A stretch of DNA of 64,000 nucleotides, taken from the NCBI GenBank assembly GCA_963803805.1, contig CAWDOD010000006.1, forward strand, positions 237,561 to 301,560, in the 5' to 3' direction. The DNA is from an uncultured cyanobacterium. Its GTDB lineage: Bacteria; Cyanobacteriota; Cyanobacteriia; Cyanobacteriales; CAWCAG01. A model generated the notes under the pieces. That model was not told the DNA's origin. It did no database searches and saw nothing but the letters and a program-made list of their open reading frames with translations. The position numbers and the translations under genes are program-made. Below, piece after piece: positions 19,142 to 29,215 of this stretch (the first letter of the stretch is position 1; every line of letters begins with the position of its first letter).

Positions 19142-20032
19142 ATGGTCAATAGTTGGTGGGAAATCACAACTTTAGGCGATCCTTCCTTGGAAGATGTCAT
19201 CTTTTGGCGGTTGGATAAATTTGGCTGTCGCGGGACAGTTAGTCAGGTTAAGGGTACTAGTTTGTTAGTGCAGGGTTATATTCCCCAAATTAGCGCGGGC
19301 TTATTAGACTTGGCGGCTCTATCCTTGTGGTTACGACAGGATGCTTTGGTGATGGGCTTAAAACCGCCGATCACAAAATGGGATTTGATTGATGAAGAAG
19401 ACTGGGCGAGTAGTTGGAAAGAACATTGGCAACCCCAAGAAATCGGCGATCGCATTCTCATTTATCCTGCTTGGTTAACGCCCCCTACGGAGACAGAAAG
19501 ATTAGTTGTTAGACTTGATCCCGGCGCTGCCTTTGGTACGGGGATTCATCCTACTACCCAATTGTGTTTAGAATCTTTAGAAATGCGCTTAGGAGAAGGG
19601 GCTGAAGAGTTAGTTCTCGCTGATATTGGTTGCGGTTCGGGTATTCTTTCTATTGGTTCTCTTTTATTAGGTGCAGCACAGGTTTATGCAGTAGATGTTG
19701 ATCCCCTAGCTGTACGGGCAACTCGAAGCAATCGAGATTTGAATAATATTACACCCCAACGTCTCAAAGTTGGTAAGGGTAGCATTGAACTTTTAAAAGA
19801 AGAAAAAAAAGCAGCCGTTGACGGTATTGTCTGTAATATCCTAGCAGAGGTAATTATCGAGTTAATTCCGCCGATGACAGAGCTTGCAAAACCTACAACT
19901 TGGGGAATTTTCAGCGGTATTTTATTAGATCAAGTCAAGCCAATCGCTGATACTTTAGAACAGCATGGTTGGATTGTTGCAGCACTTTGGAAACGCAAGG
20001 ATTGGTGTTGTTTTAATGTTAGGAGAATGTAA
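19142..20032 (+). CDS. prmA: ribosomal protein L11 methyltransferase
   Basis: [24 protein letters not shown] and DIGCGSGIL motifs. Confidence 0.96.
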   Translation: MVNSWWEITTLGDPSLEDVIFWRLDKFGCRGTVSQVKGTSLLVQGYIPQISAGLLDLAALSLWLRQDALVMGLKPPITKWDLIDEEDWASSWKEHWQPQEIGDRILIYPAWLTPPTETERLVVRLDPGAAFGTGIHPTTQLCLESLEMRLGEGAEELVLADIGCGSGILSIGSLLLGAAQVYAVDVDPLAVRATRSNRDLNNITPQRLKVGKGSIELLKEEKKAAVDGIVCNILAEVIIELIPPMTELAKPTTWGIFSGILLDQVKPIADTLEQHGWIVAALWKRKDWCCFNVRRM

Positions 20033-20147
20033 TGGTTGCTAGTTGCTGATTGAGGAAAGGAAATTAAAATAAACTTGCATTTATGGGGTTAAGGTTGCAC
20101 TGGTAAATCAGTTATCCTAGATTTAGAGTTTTTACCTAGAGCTAATT

Positions 20148-20441
20148 ATGGTACAAATCTTAGAAATTTCTACTCCTTCACCTAGGCAAAAGCAGCCTTT
20201 TATTTGGCAGGAAATTGAGTGGCAAAAGTTTCAAGCTATTCGAGCTAGTTTGGCTGATTTACCAGGGATTAGATTAGCCTATTGTCAGGGAGTTTTAGAA
20301 ATTATGGACATTAGCAAATCCCCTGAAGGAATTAAATGTTTACTAGCTTTACTTTTAGGTCAATATTTCCTTACTCAACAAATAGAATTTTTTCCTAGTG
20401 GTGGTTTTAATCAGACTAGAGAAGAACTAAAAATAGATTGA
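20148..20441 (+). pseudogene. truncated Uma2-family (PDDEXK) endonuclease
   Basis: Uma2-like N-terminal half (WQKF...RLAYCQGVLEIM), ending before the PD/EV catalytic motifs. Confidence 0.7.
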
Positions 20442-20462
20442 TGATAAATGATAAATGTATAG

Positions 20463-22799
20463 ATGTTGCAACAATTCAAACAGAAAATCACTCAATGGCG
20501 TGGTGTATTAGCGATCGCTCCTAGCGTAGCGGGAGTTATTATTGCTGGTAACTTAGTTGGCTTGTTCCAATTATTAGAATGGGCAACTTTAGATCAGTTT
20601 TTTCTTCTTCGCCCACAAGAAGCAGTTAATTCGCCCATTGTTATTGTTGCCATTGAAGAAGAAGATATCACTAAACTTGGTCAATGGCCCATGTCAGATC
20701 GAGTTATGGCTCAATTACTTAATAAAATCAAAGCCCAACAACCAAGGGGCATTGGTTTAGATATTTATCGAGATTTAGTCACTGAACCAGGACATTCAGA
20801 ATTAGTAGAAGTATTTGAATCTACCCCCAATTTAATTGGTGTACAAAAAGTCACACCACAAACAGTTGCTCCGCCACCAACTTTAGCAGAAAAAGGACAA
20901 GTAGGGGCTTCCGATTTAATAGTTGATGATGATGGTAAGGTACGTCGCGGGTTAATTGTTACTGGCACTGAGGAAGGAAAATTTATTGAAGGATTAGGGG
21001 CTAAATTAGCTTTAATGTATTTGGAAGCTGAAGGGCTTGAACTGCAAACTATTAATGAAGAAAAACAAATTTATCAACTAGGAGAAGCAACATTTGTCCC
21101 TTTAACCGGAGAAGAAGGAGGCTATGTCAAAGGAGATACGGGAGGATACCAAATCTTAATCAACTACCGGGGAGAAATGAATCGCTTCGGAAGTGTTTCG
21201 ATGACGGATGTTCTTGAGGATAAAATACCAGCAGATCTATTTCAGGATCGCTTAGTTTTTATCGGTTTAGGCATAAATACCTCTAGTGTTAAAGATATTT
21301 TCTTAACTCCCTATAACAGCAACTTATTGGGTGATACTGACTTAATGCCAGGAGTAGCAATTCATGCTAACTTAGCTAGTCAAATGGTTAGTGCCGCTAT
21401 GGAAGGACGTACAATGCTCCGGGCTTGGCATCAAAGCTTAAATTGGCTCTGGATATTGTTTTGGTCTTTTCTTGGGGCGGGGGGCAGTTGGTTTTTATTA
21501 GAGATTAAGTTATTTAAGAAAAATATCTTTTTAATCGTAACCATTAGCTACATTATTTCCAGTACTATTATTCTCGTAAGCATTAGCTATATTGCCTTTA
21601 TTTCTGGTTGGGTAATACCCATATTTTCTCCTTTTTTGGCCCTAGCAGCAACAGCAATTTTAATTGCCAACTATCATAATCAAAATCAGTTAAAAACTGC
21701 TAATGAAGAACTAGCCATTGCTAACGAACAATTAGCTGATTATTCCCGTACTTTGGAAAATAAAGTAGCAGCAAGAACTCAGGAACTTTCAGAAGCTTTA
21801 GAAAACTTAAAATCCACCCAACAAGAGTTAATTCAATCAGAAAAAATGGCTGCTTTGGGTCAACTTGTTGCGGGTATTGCCCATGAAGTCAATACTCCCT
21901 TGGGAGCAATTAAAGCCTCAGTAAGCAACATTTCTGCGGCTTTAACTAAGTCTATGCAACAACTACCAAAATTATTTAAGCAACTTCCTTTACAACAACA
22001 AGATGATTTCTTTACCTTAGTTGCAGCTAGCCAACAAGAGTCTACCACCCTTTCTTTTCGGGAAGAGCGGAAAATTAAACGTGCTTTGAAAAAGCAACTA
22101 GCAACTCTGGGTATTGATGATGCTGATGAAATTGCTGCTAACTTAGTGAAAATAGGTTTCACTAAAGAAGTAGAACCCTTTTTGCCTTTATTGCAATCTG
22201 ATTATAGTAGCTTGATTTTAGAAACTGCTTATAACCTCACGATGCAACAAAATAACACCGATAATATTAAGCTGGCGGTAGATCGGGCAGCCAAAATTGT
22301 CTTCGCCCTCAAAAGTTACGCCCGCCAAGATCAATATAGTGAGAAAGTTAAAGCCCAAGTAACAGAAGGAATTGAGCTTGTTCTAACCATTTATCGTAAT
22401 CAACTTAGACAAGGCATTGAAGTTAGTAAAGTTTACCAAGAAGTACCAGAAATTCCTTGCTACCCCGAACAACTCAATCAAGTTTGGACAAACCTAATCC
22501 ATAATGCAGTGCAAGCCATGGATAATAAGGGTAAGCTGAAAATAGCAGTAACCCCTGAAGATAGTTATGTGGTGGTGAGAATAACTGATTCCGGTTGTGG
22601 CATAGCCCCAGAAAACAAAGATAAAATTTTCCAACCTTTTTTTACGACTAAAGGTGCAGGAGAAGGAAGCGGTTTAGGGTTAGATATTGTCAGTAAGATT
22701 ATTGATAAGCATCAAGGCAAAATCGAAGTAGAAAGTGAACCAGGATGTACTACTTTTAGTGTTTGGTTGCCTGTAGTTATACCAGATTCGGGTGGGTAG
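20463..22799 (+). CDS. CHASE2 sensor histidine kinase
   Basis: GQWP, IGLDIYRD, DDDGKVRR and GVAIHA CHASE2 motifs; three TMs; H-box AHEVNTP; N, F and G boxes. Confidence 0.95.
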   Translation: MLQQFKQKITQWRGVLAIAPSVAGVIIAGNLVGLFQLLEWATLDQFFLLRPQEAVNSPIVIVAIEEEDITKLGQWPMSDRVMAQLLNKIKAQQPRGIGLDIYRDLVTEPGHSELVEVFESTPNLIGVQKVTPQTVAPPPTLAEKGQVGASDLIVDDDGKVRRGLIVTGTEEGKFIEGLGAKLALMYLEAEGLELQTINEEKQIYQLGEATFVPLTGEEGGYVKGDTGGYQILINYRGEMNRFGSVSMTDVLEDKIPADLFQDRLVFIGLGINTSSVKDIFLTPYNSNLLGDTDLMPGVAIHANLASQMVSAAMEGRTMLRAWHQSLNWLWILFWSFLGAGGSWFLLEIKLFKKNIFLIVTISYIISSTIILVSISYIAFISGWVIPIFSPFLALAATAILIANYHNQNQLKTANEELAIANEQLADYSRTLENKVAARTQELSEALENLKSTQQELIQSEKMAALGQLVAGIAHEVNTPLGAIKASVSNISAALTKSMQQLPKLFKQLPLQQQDDFFTLVAASQQESTTLSFREERKIKRALKKQLATLGIDDADEIAANLVKIGFTKEVEPFLPLLQSDYSSLILETAYNLTMQQNNTDNIKLAVDRAAKIVFALKSYARQDQYSEKVKAQVTEGIELVLTIYRNQLRQGIEVSKVYQEVPEIPCYPEQLNQVWTNLIHNAVQAMDNKGKLKIAVTPEDSYVVVRITDSGCGIAPENKDKIFQPFFTTKGAGEGSGLGLDIVSKIIDKHQGKIEVESEPGCTTFSVWLPVVIPDSGG

Positions 22800-22822
22800 C
22801 AGGACTTATCTGTCAAGGTCAA

Positions 22823-22860
22823 CCGCTTCGCGGAAGTCAAAAGTCAAAAGTCAAAAGTCA
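22823..22860 (+). repeat. STRR tract (AAGTCAA)n capped by a CCGCTTCGCGG mini-hairpin
   Basis: direct reading of the sequence. Confidence 0.75.
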
Positions 22861-23130
22861 TGACATGACCAATCAAACACATCTACCTCCAAATAAGTTT
22901 CAATCCACAATTCTCGCCCCATGTTTATTTAGTTTATGGAGGCTATAAACAATGCGGCAAGGGCCTTTGATTTAGGCTTTGTGATCACAGCGATCAAGAT
23001 CATATCTATCATTGATCTGACTAACTGCTAATTTCTTCGATAATAGAGTTTTTTGTGAGGAGAATCACGGCATTTACTGAGGCAAAATGCTAATGTTTAC
23101 AACCATTACCCCAAGTTCCTCATAGACCTG

Positions 23131-24204
23131 ATGACGTTATCTTCCTTTTGTCCCTTTTCTGCTTCGGGAATGATTACTGACCCTCAGTATTTTGTCGGTC
23201 GTCGCGAGGAACTAAATTATCTTACTGCCCGTATGGAAGGGGCGCAACCTACCAGCGTTAATGTAGTTGGTAAGGAGTGCATAGGTAAGTCTTCTTTGCT
23301 TTATCATTTCTATCAGACTTATGAAGAGAGAGTAGAGAAACCTGAGAAATATGTGGTGGTTTATCTTTCTTTGCAGGATGTAAATTGTCAGCAGGAAAAA
23401 ACTTTTTATGAGGCTGTAGCTGAGAAGTTTTTAGCACAAAGCAAGGTAAAAAGACAACGTAATTTAAAGAGTCCTTGGAGAAATAGTTCTGCTAGTAGGC
23501 AAAGTTTTTCTCAGGCAATACAGGCTTGGAAGCAAACAAAGGTTTTACCAGTTTTGTGTTTAGATAAATTTGAGAAGTGGTTAAATAAACCCCAGGAATT
23601 TGACAATGATTTTTATGATAACTTGCGTTCTTTAATGGACAGCAATGTTTTGATGTTGGTTATTGCTTCTAAAAGTAACTTGAAAAGATACGGTAAGGAA
23701 AATAATTTTACTTCTGATTTTTTTAACTTAGGTCAGGTTTTAACTTTGAATGGCTTAACAGAATTGGAAGCGCAGGATTTAGTTAAATTACCCTGTGGTA
23801 ACAATTCTGGTTTGAGTGTAGATAAGCAAAGATTAGCCCTGGCATGGGGAGAGAGGCATCCTTATAAGTTGCAGTTGGCTGGGTTGTGTTTGTGGGAGGC
23901 AGAAAACCAAACACCTCCTAAAGATGAAGAGTGGGCAAAGGAAAAGTTTCTCGAAAGTTGTCCTGTTACCAAACAACGTCAGGGTTCTCAACCTTCTATT
24001 CATAAACTAATTAAGCCACTGCATTGGTTATTCTGGCAGTTGCCTCTACAGTTAGGCAGATTAGCTACAGGCATTGGTAATAATCTTGATGACTTGAGCA
24101 ATAGACTGCTGGGGACTTTTATTCTGTTGGTGATTGTTTTCATTGTATTTAAAGTTTTGCCAGCAGAAGAGTTATGGAAACAAATATTAGAAGCTGTAAA
24201 GTAA
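23131..24204 (+). CDS. STAND-like P-loop ATPase with C-terminal TM helix and degenerate Walker B
   Basis: FVGRREEL; Walker A GKECIGKSS; Walker B VLCLDKFE; HPYKLQLA. Confidence 0.85.
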   Translation: MTLSSFCPFSASGMITDPQYFVGRREELNYLTARMEGAQPTSVNVVGKECIGKSSLLYHFYQTYEERVEKPEKYVVVYLSLQDVNCQQEKTFYEAVAEKFLAQSKVKRQRNLKSPWRNSSASRQSFSQAIQAWKQTKVLPVLCLDKFEKWLNKPQEFDNDFYDNLRSLMDSNVLMLVIASKSNLKRYGKENNFTSDFFNLGQVLTLNGLTELEAQDLVKLPCGNNSGLSVDKQRLALAWGERHPYKLQLAGLCLWEAENQTPPKDEEWAKEKFLESCPVTKQRQGSQPSIHKLIKPLHWLFWQLPLQLGRLATGIGNNLDDLSNRLLGTFILLVIVFIVFKVLPAEELWKQILEAVK

Positions 24205-24210
24205 TTTGCT

Positions 24211-26631
24211 ATGAACGCACCAACCAAATTCGATGAGTTTAAAACCTATGTGGGAGAATGTCTAAAAATTCTTTATTGGACTTATTTTAAGCCTAATACT
24301 TTTTTCTATTGGTTGCAAGATATTCATCCTGATTTATACATAGACAGTAATCCTTTTAAACTAAGAAAAGAGTTTAAAAATAACCCTCGTTTGCGTCGCT
24401 ATGCTAATCAAGTTTGGTGGCTGAGTTTGTTAACTCCTGTAGCATTAGTATTAACAGTTGGGCCTATTTATAGCCTCTTTGCCACAGAATCTTTCGATTG
24501 GTTGCGTAGTAGCCTGTTTATATTAGGCTGGTTGATGGGTCTTTGGTTAGCGAGGCAGGAAAAAAGCAAAATAGAAAGATTAGCTTATATCTTTTTAGGT
24601 ATAGTTCTTCTTTTAACTCTTCTTTGGAATACAGGTATTACTCCTAAAGTCATCTTTGTTTTAGGAGGAGTTCAGCTTTACGAAACGGTATTATCAATAG
24701 TTTTTTCTCTTCTAGAGCCTTTACGACCTCTGGCAGTCGGTGTGGCAGGAGGTGTGGCTTTCGGTGTGGCAGGAGGTGTGGCTTTCGGTGTGGCAGGAGG
24801 TGTGGCAGGAGGTGTGGCTTTCGGTGTGGCAGTCGGTGTGGCAGTCGGTGTGGCAGTCGGTGTGGCAGGAGGTGTGGCAGGAGGTGTGGCTTTCGGTGTG
24901 GCAGTCGGTGTGGCAGGAGGTGTGGCAGGAGGTGTGGCAGGAGGTGTGGCTTTCGGTGTAAGCTACATTTTAGGAGTGTTGCGGGTCTATTTTTGGCTAC
25001 CAGAATTGCTGTGGATGTTGCTAATTTCCTTACTTAGCCGAGAGGATAAAGAAGACAAATTTCTTTCCTATTTACCTCCCTACTTTGATGAAAGAATTAT
25101 TCTCCCACTTCCTTTTATGGCAGAAATAATCATTGCTGCCTACAAAAAAAATGCTGCTGCTGCCCGCAATACCATCTCCTATTTGATCAACTATACCAAC
25201 CAACAAAAAGTAGCTGCTGAAGCGATGACAGGCATTGCTATCAATACTTTGCGACTTACAGAAACCACCAGGGATATCACCAGCATTGCTGAGGAACTTG
25301 CTTGGTTGCCTTCCCCACCACCAAAAAAGTTAGGTTCCACACTACCCCAATTCTTAGAAATTAGTCAAGATGTTCGTTCTTGCCAAATATCTACCTCTGC
25401 TTATCGCCAATACGAACTCCTCCATCCTCCCATCAGAAAATTAGAAGCACTAAACAACAACCTTGCCTATAGCAAAGATACTCAAGTAGCCACAAGTTTT
25501 GGTAGCATTGCCCAACGTTGGTTAAGCATTCTCAAAACTGCCCAAAACACTTTAGAAGAGAGAGCAAAAAACTCCGCAGAAATTCCTCAAGTTTACATTG
25601 CTGGTTCTTCCCTTGATCCAGAAACTGCCCAAAGTCGCTTTAAAGGTCGGCAAGACATTTTTCAGGAAATCGAAAATTTATCCCTCATGGATCAACCTCC
25701 TGTTCTTCTCCTCAATGGCGGACGACGCACCGGGAAAACCTCTTCTTTGAAATATTTACCCCAAAAAGTCGGTTCAGAAATTATCCCTCTTTTGGTGGAT
25801 ATGCAGGGTTCTGCGGTGGCAACAACTCTTAAGGGTTTAGCAGAATACTTAGCAGGCGAGATCATCAAAGCTGCCCAAAAATCTCGCAACTTAAAACTTC
25901 CCTACCCCAATTGGGAAAAACGCCCCGATGAACCTTTCCTTAGTCTCCAAGATTGGTTTGCCACCATCGAACGCACAGCCCCAGGAAAACGTTTTCTCCT
26001 CTGTTTAGATGAGTTTGAACGTCTTGGCGAAGTTATTTCTTCTACTGGTAGCCGCGCGCCCCTCAATTTTCTACGCCATAACTTACAACATAATCGTCGT
26101 TGGATCTTACTTTTCAGTGGTGTTCATACCATCGAAGAATTAGATCCCTATTGGAGTGATTATCTTATTAATGCTAGTTCTCTCCGTCTTAGCTTCCTTC
26201 AAGAAGCAGAAGCTAGAGAGTTAGTCACCGCGCCTATTCCAGATTTTCCCCAAATTTATCAACCTGCTGCCGTAGATACGATAATTGCAAAAACTCGCTG
26301 TCAACCTTACCTGGTACAGTTGCTTTGTTCTGTTGTCGTAGATCATCTTAACCGTGAAAAACGTAAACTAGCTACCCCAGAAGATGTACAAATCTGTTTA
26401 CCCAAAGCGATGGTTAAAGGTAGCCCATATTTTAATGAATTGTGGACAAAGTTACCGGAAAGTGAGCAAAACCTTTTACTCGCTTTAATAGCAGGAGAAA
26501 AAACCGACTCCTTCCCTAAAATTTCTCTACAAAGGTTAATACGTAAAGAAATTCTCTACAAGACAGAACAGGGTTATGGTTTCCAGGTTCCTTTGGTAGC
26601 CAGATATATCAAGAATTATGAGTGCAAGTGA
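24211..26631 (+). CDS. multi-TM protein with GVA(G/F/V) repeat and C-terminal STAND-like ATPase
   Basis: FKGRQDI; Walker A GGRRTGKTS; Walker B LCLDEFE; QPYLVQLLC; N-terminal TM helices. Confidence 0.88.
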   Translation: MNAPTKFDEFKTYVGECLKILYWTYFKPNTFFYWLQDIHPDLYIDSNPFKLRKEFKNNPRLRRYANQVWWLSLLTPVALVLTVGPIYSLFATESFDWLRSSLFILGWLMGLWLARQEKSKIERLAYIFLGIVLLLTLLWNTGITPKVIFVLGGVQLYETVLSIVFSLLEPLRPLAVGVAGGVAFGVAGGVAFGVAGGVAGGVAFGVAVGVAVGVAVGVAGGVAGGVAFGVAVGVAGGVAGGVAGGVAFGVSYILGVLRVYFWLPELLWMLLISLLSREDKEDKFLSYLPPYFDERIILPLPFMAEIIIAAYKKNAAAARNTISYLINYTNQQKVAAEAMTGIAINTLRLTETTRDITSIAEELAWLPSPPPKKLGSTLPQFLEISQDVRSCQISTSAYRQYELLHPPIRKLEALNNNLAYSKDTQVATSFGSIAQRWLSILKTAQNTLEERAKNSAEIPQVYIAGSSLDPETAQSRFKGRQDIFQEIENLSLMDQPPVLLLNGGRRTGKTSSLKYLPQKVGSEIIPLLVDMQGSAVATTLKGLAEYLAGEIIKAAQKSRNLKLPYPNWEKRPDEPFLSLQDWFATIERTAPGKRFLLCLDEFERLGEVISSTGSRAPLNFLRHNLQHNRRWILLFSGVHTIEELDPYWSDYLINASSLRLSFLQEAEARELVTAPIPDFPQIYQPAAVDTIIAKTRCQPYLVQLLCSVVVDHLNREKRKLATPEDVQICLPKAMVKGSPYFNELWTKLPESEQNLLLALIAGEKTDSFPKISLQRLIRKEILYKTEQGYGFQVPLVARYIKNYECK
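24739..24954 (+). repeat. 18 x 12-bp coding tandem repeat GGTGTGGC(AGGA/TTTC/AGTC)
   Basis: 9 GVAG, 5 GVAF and 4 GVAV units, each variant identical at DNA level. Confidence 0.97.
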
Positions 26632-26705
26632 AAAAATACTATAGCTATTTTCTCTCTTTTACTTCTTCTTAATCCTCCTGCCTAACTTAATTTAAGCTAA
26701 CGCAA

Positions 26706-27188
26706 TTACCCTCCGTATTGCCAACCTGTCTTCTCTAACAATAGAGGTTCCCCTTCGCGATGAACCCCAGCAGCAATAACCTCACCGACATAAACAGTAT
26801 GATCTCCTTCTTCCACTGTACCTACAACTTTGCATTCTATATAACCCAGGGAATCGGAAATAATCGGACAACCAGTTTCTTCCCCTAAATAAAACTCTAC
26901 ATCCGCTAGCTTATCTCCCACACGACTTTGGGGTTTAAAAAACTTTGCTGCAACATCTTTTTGGTTACTATCTAAAAAACTAAGGGTAAAAACACCACTC
27001 TTTTTAATCATTTCGTGAGAACCTGAACTTTGGTTAACACAATTAACTACCAAAGGGGGTTTGAAAGAAGACTGCATTACCCAACTAGCAGTAAAACCAT
27101 TAAGTTCCTCACCATCTTTAACACCACAAATATATAAACCGTGGGGAATTTTCCGTAAAATAGTTTTTTTTGCTTGTTCGTCTAACAA
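26706..27188 (-). CDS. flavin reductase family protein
   Basis: GFTASW, SFKPP and GDHTVYVGEV motifs. Confidence 0.93.
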   Translation of the reverse strand: MLDEQAKKTILRKIPHGLYICGVKDGEELNGFTASWVMQSSFKPPLVVNCVNQSSGSHEMIKKSGVFTLSFLDSNQKDVAAKFFKPQSRVGDKLADVEFYLGEETGCPIISDSLGYIECKVVGTVEEGDHTVYVGEVIAAGVHREGEPLLLEKTGWQYGG

Positions 27189-27315
27189 AATTGTTCTCCG
27201 CTATTTTCAGTCTAGCTATAGTTATGCTAATCAAATTGTAAATTAATCCCTACCGCTCTGACTCAACTTAAGCGATCGCATCTTGAGGAGAAATATCTTT
27301 GAGTTATAGTTATCA

Positions 27316-28107
27316 CTAAAGCGATCGCAGTTTTTGCTCCTTCAACCACCTATCAACCCAAACCTGTTCTTCTTCCGACAACGATGGTACTGGCTCTTGA
27401 TTGTAATCTATCAACAAATCATAGCTGGCTTGGTCATAGACATTTTGCAACAATAATTGTAAATCGATCAATGGTTCACTATCTCCCGGTTTGAGAGGCA
27501 AGGGGAATGGGGGAATAGCCTCTGGCAAATTAAATCCATACAAATCAGCTAAAGGACGACTCTCGCCTCTACTTACTAAAATTCGATAATGGGTTTGAAT
27601 ATTGCTGCGATAAACTACCATTGGTTTTTCCTTACGCAGCAAATCAATCTCTATTAAATTAGTTGAACTACCTAAAACTTTATGGCGTTTACTTTCATAT
27701 TGTTTACGCCCTTCTCCAGAACGTTTATTAACCGGAGAGAGTATTTCAATGGCTGTTACCACTTCGTTAGTAACAACTTCCCGTACTTCTAAATAACCTT
27801 GCTTAAGGGTTTCCGGTACAGGAACTTCTACTGTTTGGGGTTTGGTAGGGGCTTGAGCTACCGCAACATTAGCCGTTGGTTCTTTAGTTGTTCCCTGTGA
27901 CCCTTTAACAGTTAAATCAGGAATGCCGACGAGTAAAGATTCTTCCCCAGTGGTTTCATACATACGCACCTCAACCGCAACTCGGTATTTAGGACGAAGT
28001 TGGGGAGATAGGAATCTAGCCAGTTCAATAATCAACCAATGATGTACTCCTGGCCAAACTTCTGGATGTTCTAGGTAAGGGTTCATTCCTGGAAAAGGGG
28101 AAACCAT
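27316..28107 (-). CDS. DUF4058 family (PDDEXK-like) protein
   Basis: SPFPGMNPYLE, IEILSPVNK and LIEIDLLR motifs. Confidence 0.92.
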   Translation of the reverse strand: MVSPFPGMNPYLEHPEVWPGVHHWLIIELARFLSPQLRPKYRVAVEVRMYETTGEESLLVGIPDLTVKGSQGTTKEPTANVAVAQAPTKPQTVEVPVPETLKQGYLEVREVVTNEVVTAIEILSPVNKRSGEGRKQYESKRHKVLGSSTNLIEIDLLRKEKPMVVYRSNIQTHYRILVSRGESRPLADLYGFNLPEAIPPFPLPLKPGDSEPLIDLQLLLQNVYDQASYDLLIDYNQEPVPSLSEEEQVWVDRWLKEQKLRSL

Positions 28108-28180
28108 AGGAATCTCTTCTCTTTGGGTTTGTTTTTTAATTTTATCGTCAGAGTTGTTTTACAGAAAGTGAAAGAAAGCA

Positions 28181-29080
28181 TCAACTATGGGAACTTTTCT
28201 CTAACAGCCACTCTTGTAAAATCGGATTAACCACTTCTGGCGCTTCATCTTGGGGACAGTGACCCAAACCGGGTAAAGGAATAAACTTTTCTACCGTCGG
28301 AAATTTAGCAAAATCTCTACCCAACTCTACAGGTTCCCAAGGGTCTTCCTCCCCCCAGAGAATAATAGCAGGGCATTGAAGTAGGGGTAAAAGTTCTTCT
28401 GGTAAAGGGCCTTGGGAATAACTAGTAAAAGCCACAAAAACGTCTGCCGCCCCCGAATTAGTAGCCGGTTTCATCAGCAGATCAATTAATTCATCGCTCA
28501 CAGCTTCAGAGCGCTTATAGGCTTTCAAGAGAATTTTGCGCACAACCTTCGGCTTCGCTAATTGCTGAAAAAAGAAATCACCAATCAACTTTTTGGTCAA
28601 CAATTTTTGTAATAAAGGAGCGCCCAAACGACGATACCAAGGCATTTCTCCTCGTTTACTATCATGAAGGAGACGTAAAGAACAGTTAATTAAAGCTACC
28701 CCTAAAATTAAATCAGGATTATCTACTGCTGTCTGCATCGCCACTAGACAACCAATCGAATTACCAACTAAAAAAGCTGGTTCCCCCACCACTTCTCGGC
28801 AAAAATCTGCAACCTGCTGTCCCCAAGTGGCAAAATTGTAGCTAATCTCGACCCCAGGAGTCGGTTTTGCTGCGCCTCCAAAACCAATTAAATCCAAGGC
28901 ATAACAGCGACAAGTTTGACCTAACACAGGTAAATTTTTCCGCCAATGTCCCCAAGAAGCACCAAAACCATGGATTAAAACCACTGCTGGGCCTTTTGTG
29001 CCGCTACTTTGGTAAGTGATGGAATAATTACACCAAGTCCAACTTTTTTCCTTACTTAGGTCACTTATGGTTAAATTCAT
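28181..29080 (-). CDS. alpha/beta fold hydrolase
   Basis: HGFG, GNSIG nucleophile elbow and GHCPQDE. Confidence 0.93.
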   Translation of the reverse strand: MNLTISDLSKEKSWTWCNYSITYQSSGTKGPAVVLIHGFGASWGHWRKNLPVLGQTCRCYALDLIGFGGAAKPTPGVEISYNFATWGQQVADFCREVVGEPAFLVGNSIGCLVAMQTAVDNPDLILGVALINCSLRLLHDSKRGEMPWYRRLGAPLLQKLLTKKLIGDFFFQQLAKPKVVRKILLKAYKRSEAVSDELIDLLMKPATNSGAADVFVAFTSYSQGPLPEELLPLLQCPAIILWGEEDPWEPVELGRDFAKFPTVEKFIPLPGLGHCPQDEAPEVVNPILQEWLLEKSSHS

Positions 29081-29215
29081 TTTGGGCTGGAGATTAATGT
29101 TACATTACTTTATATATATTAAACATACTGAACAAACTCTCATTACCAAGATTTAACCGCATTTTCGTAAACATCCTCTAAGATTGATTTAATCTAGCGC
29201 GAACCTTTCTTAGTA

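Noticed and set aside
22897-22935. GTTTCAATCC, resembling the start of a cyanobacterial CRISPR repeat
   Set aside because: Single occurrence, no matching 3' end, no spacer periodicity and no cas genes.
24740-24961. Alternative-frame ORF (WQEV/WLSV/WQSV repeats) and CRISPR-like appearance of the tract
   Set aside because: It is a shadow of the 12-bp coding repeat and has no unique spacers.
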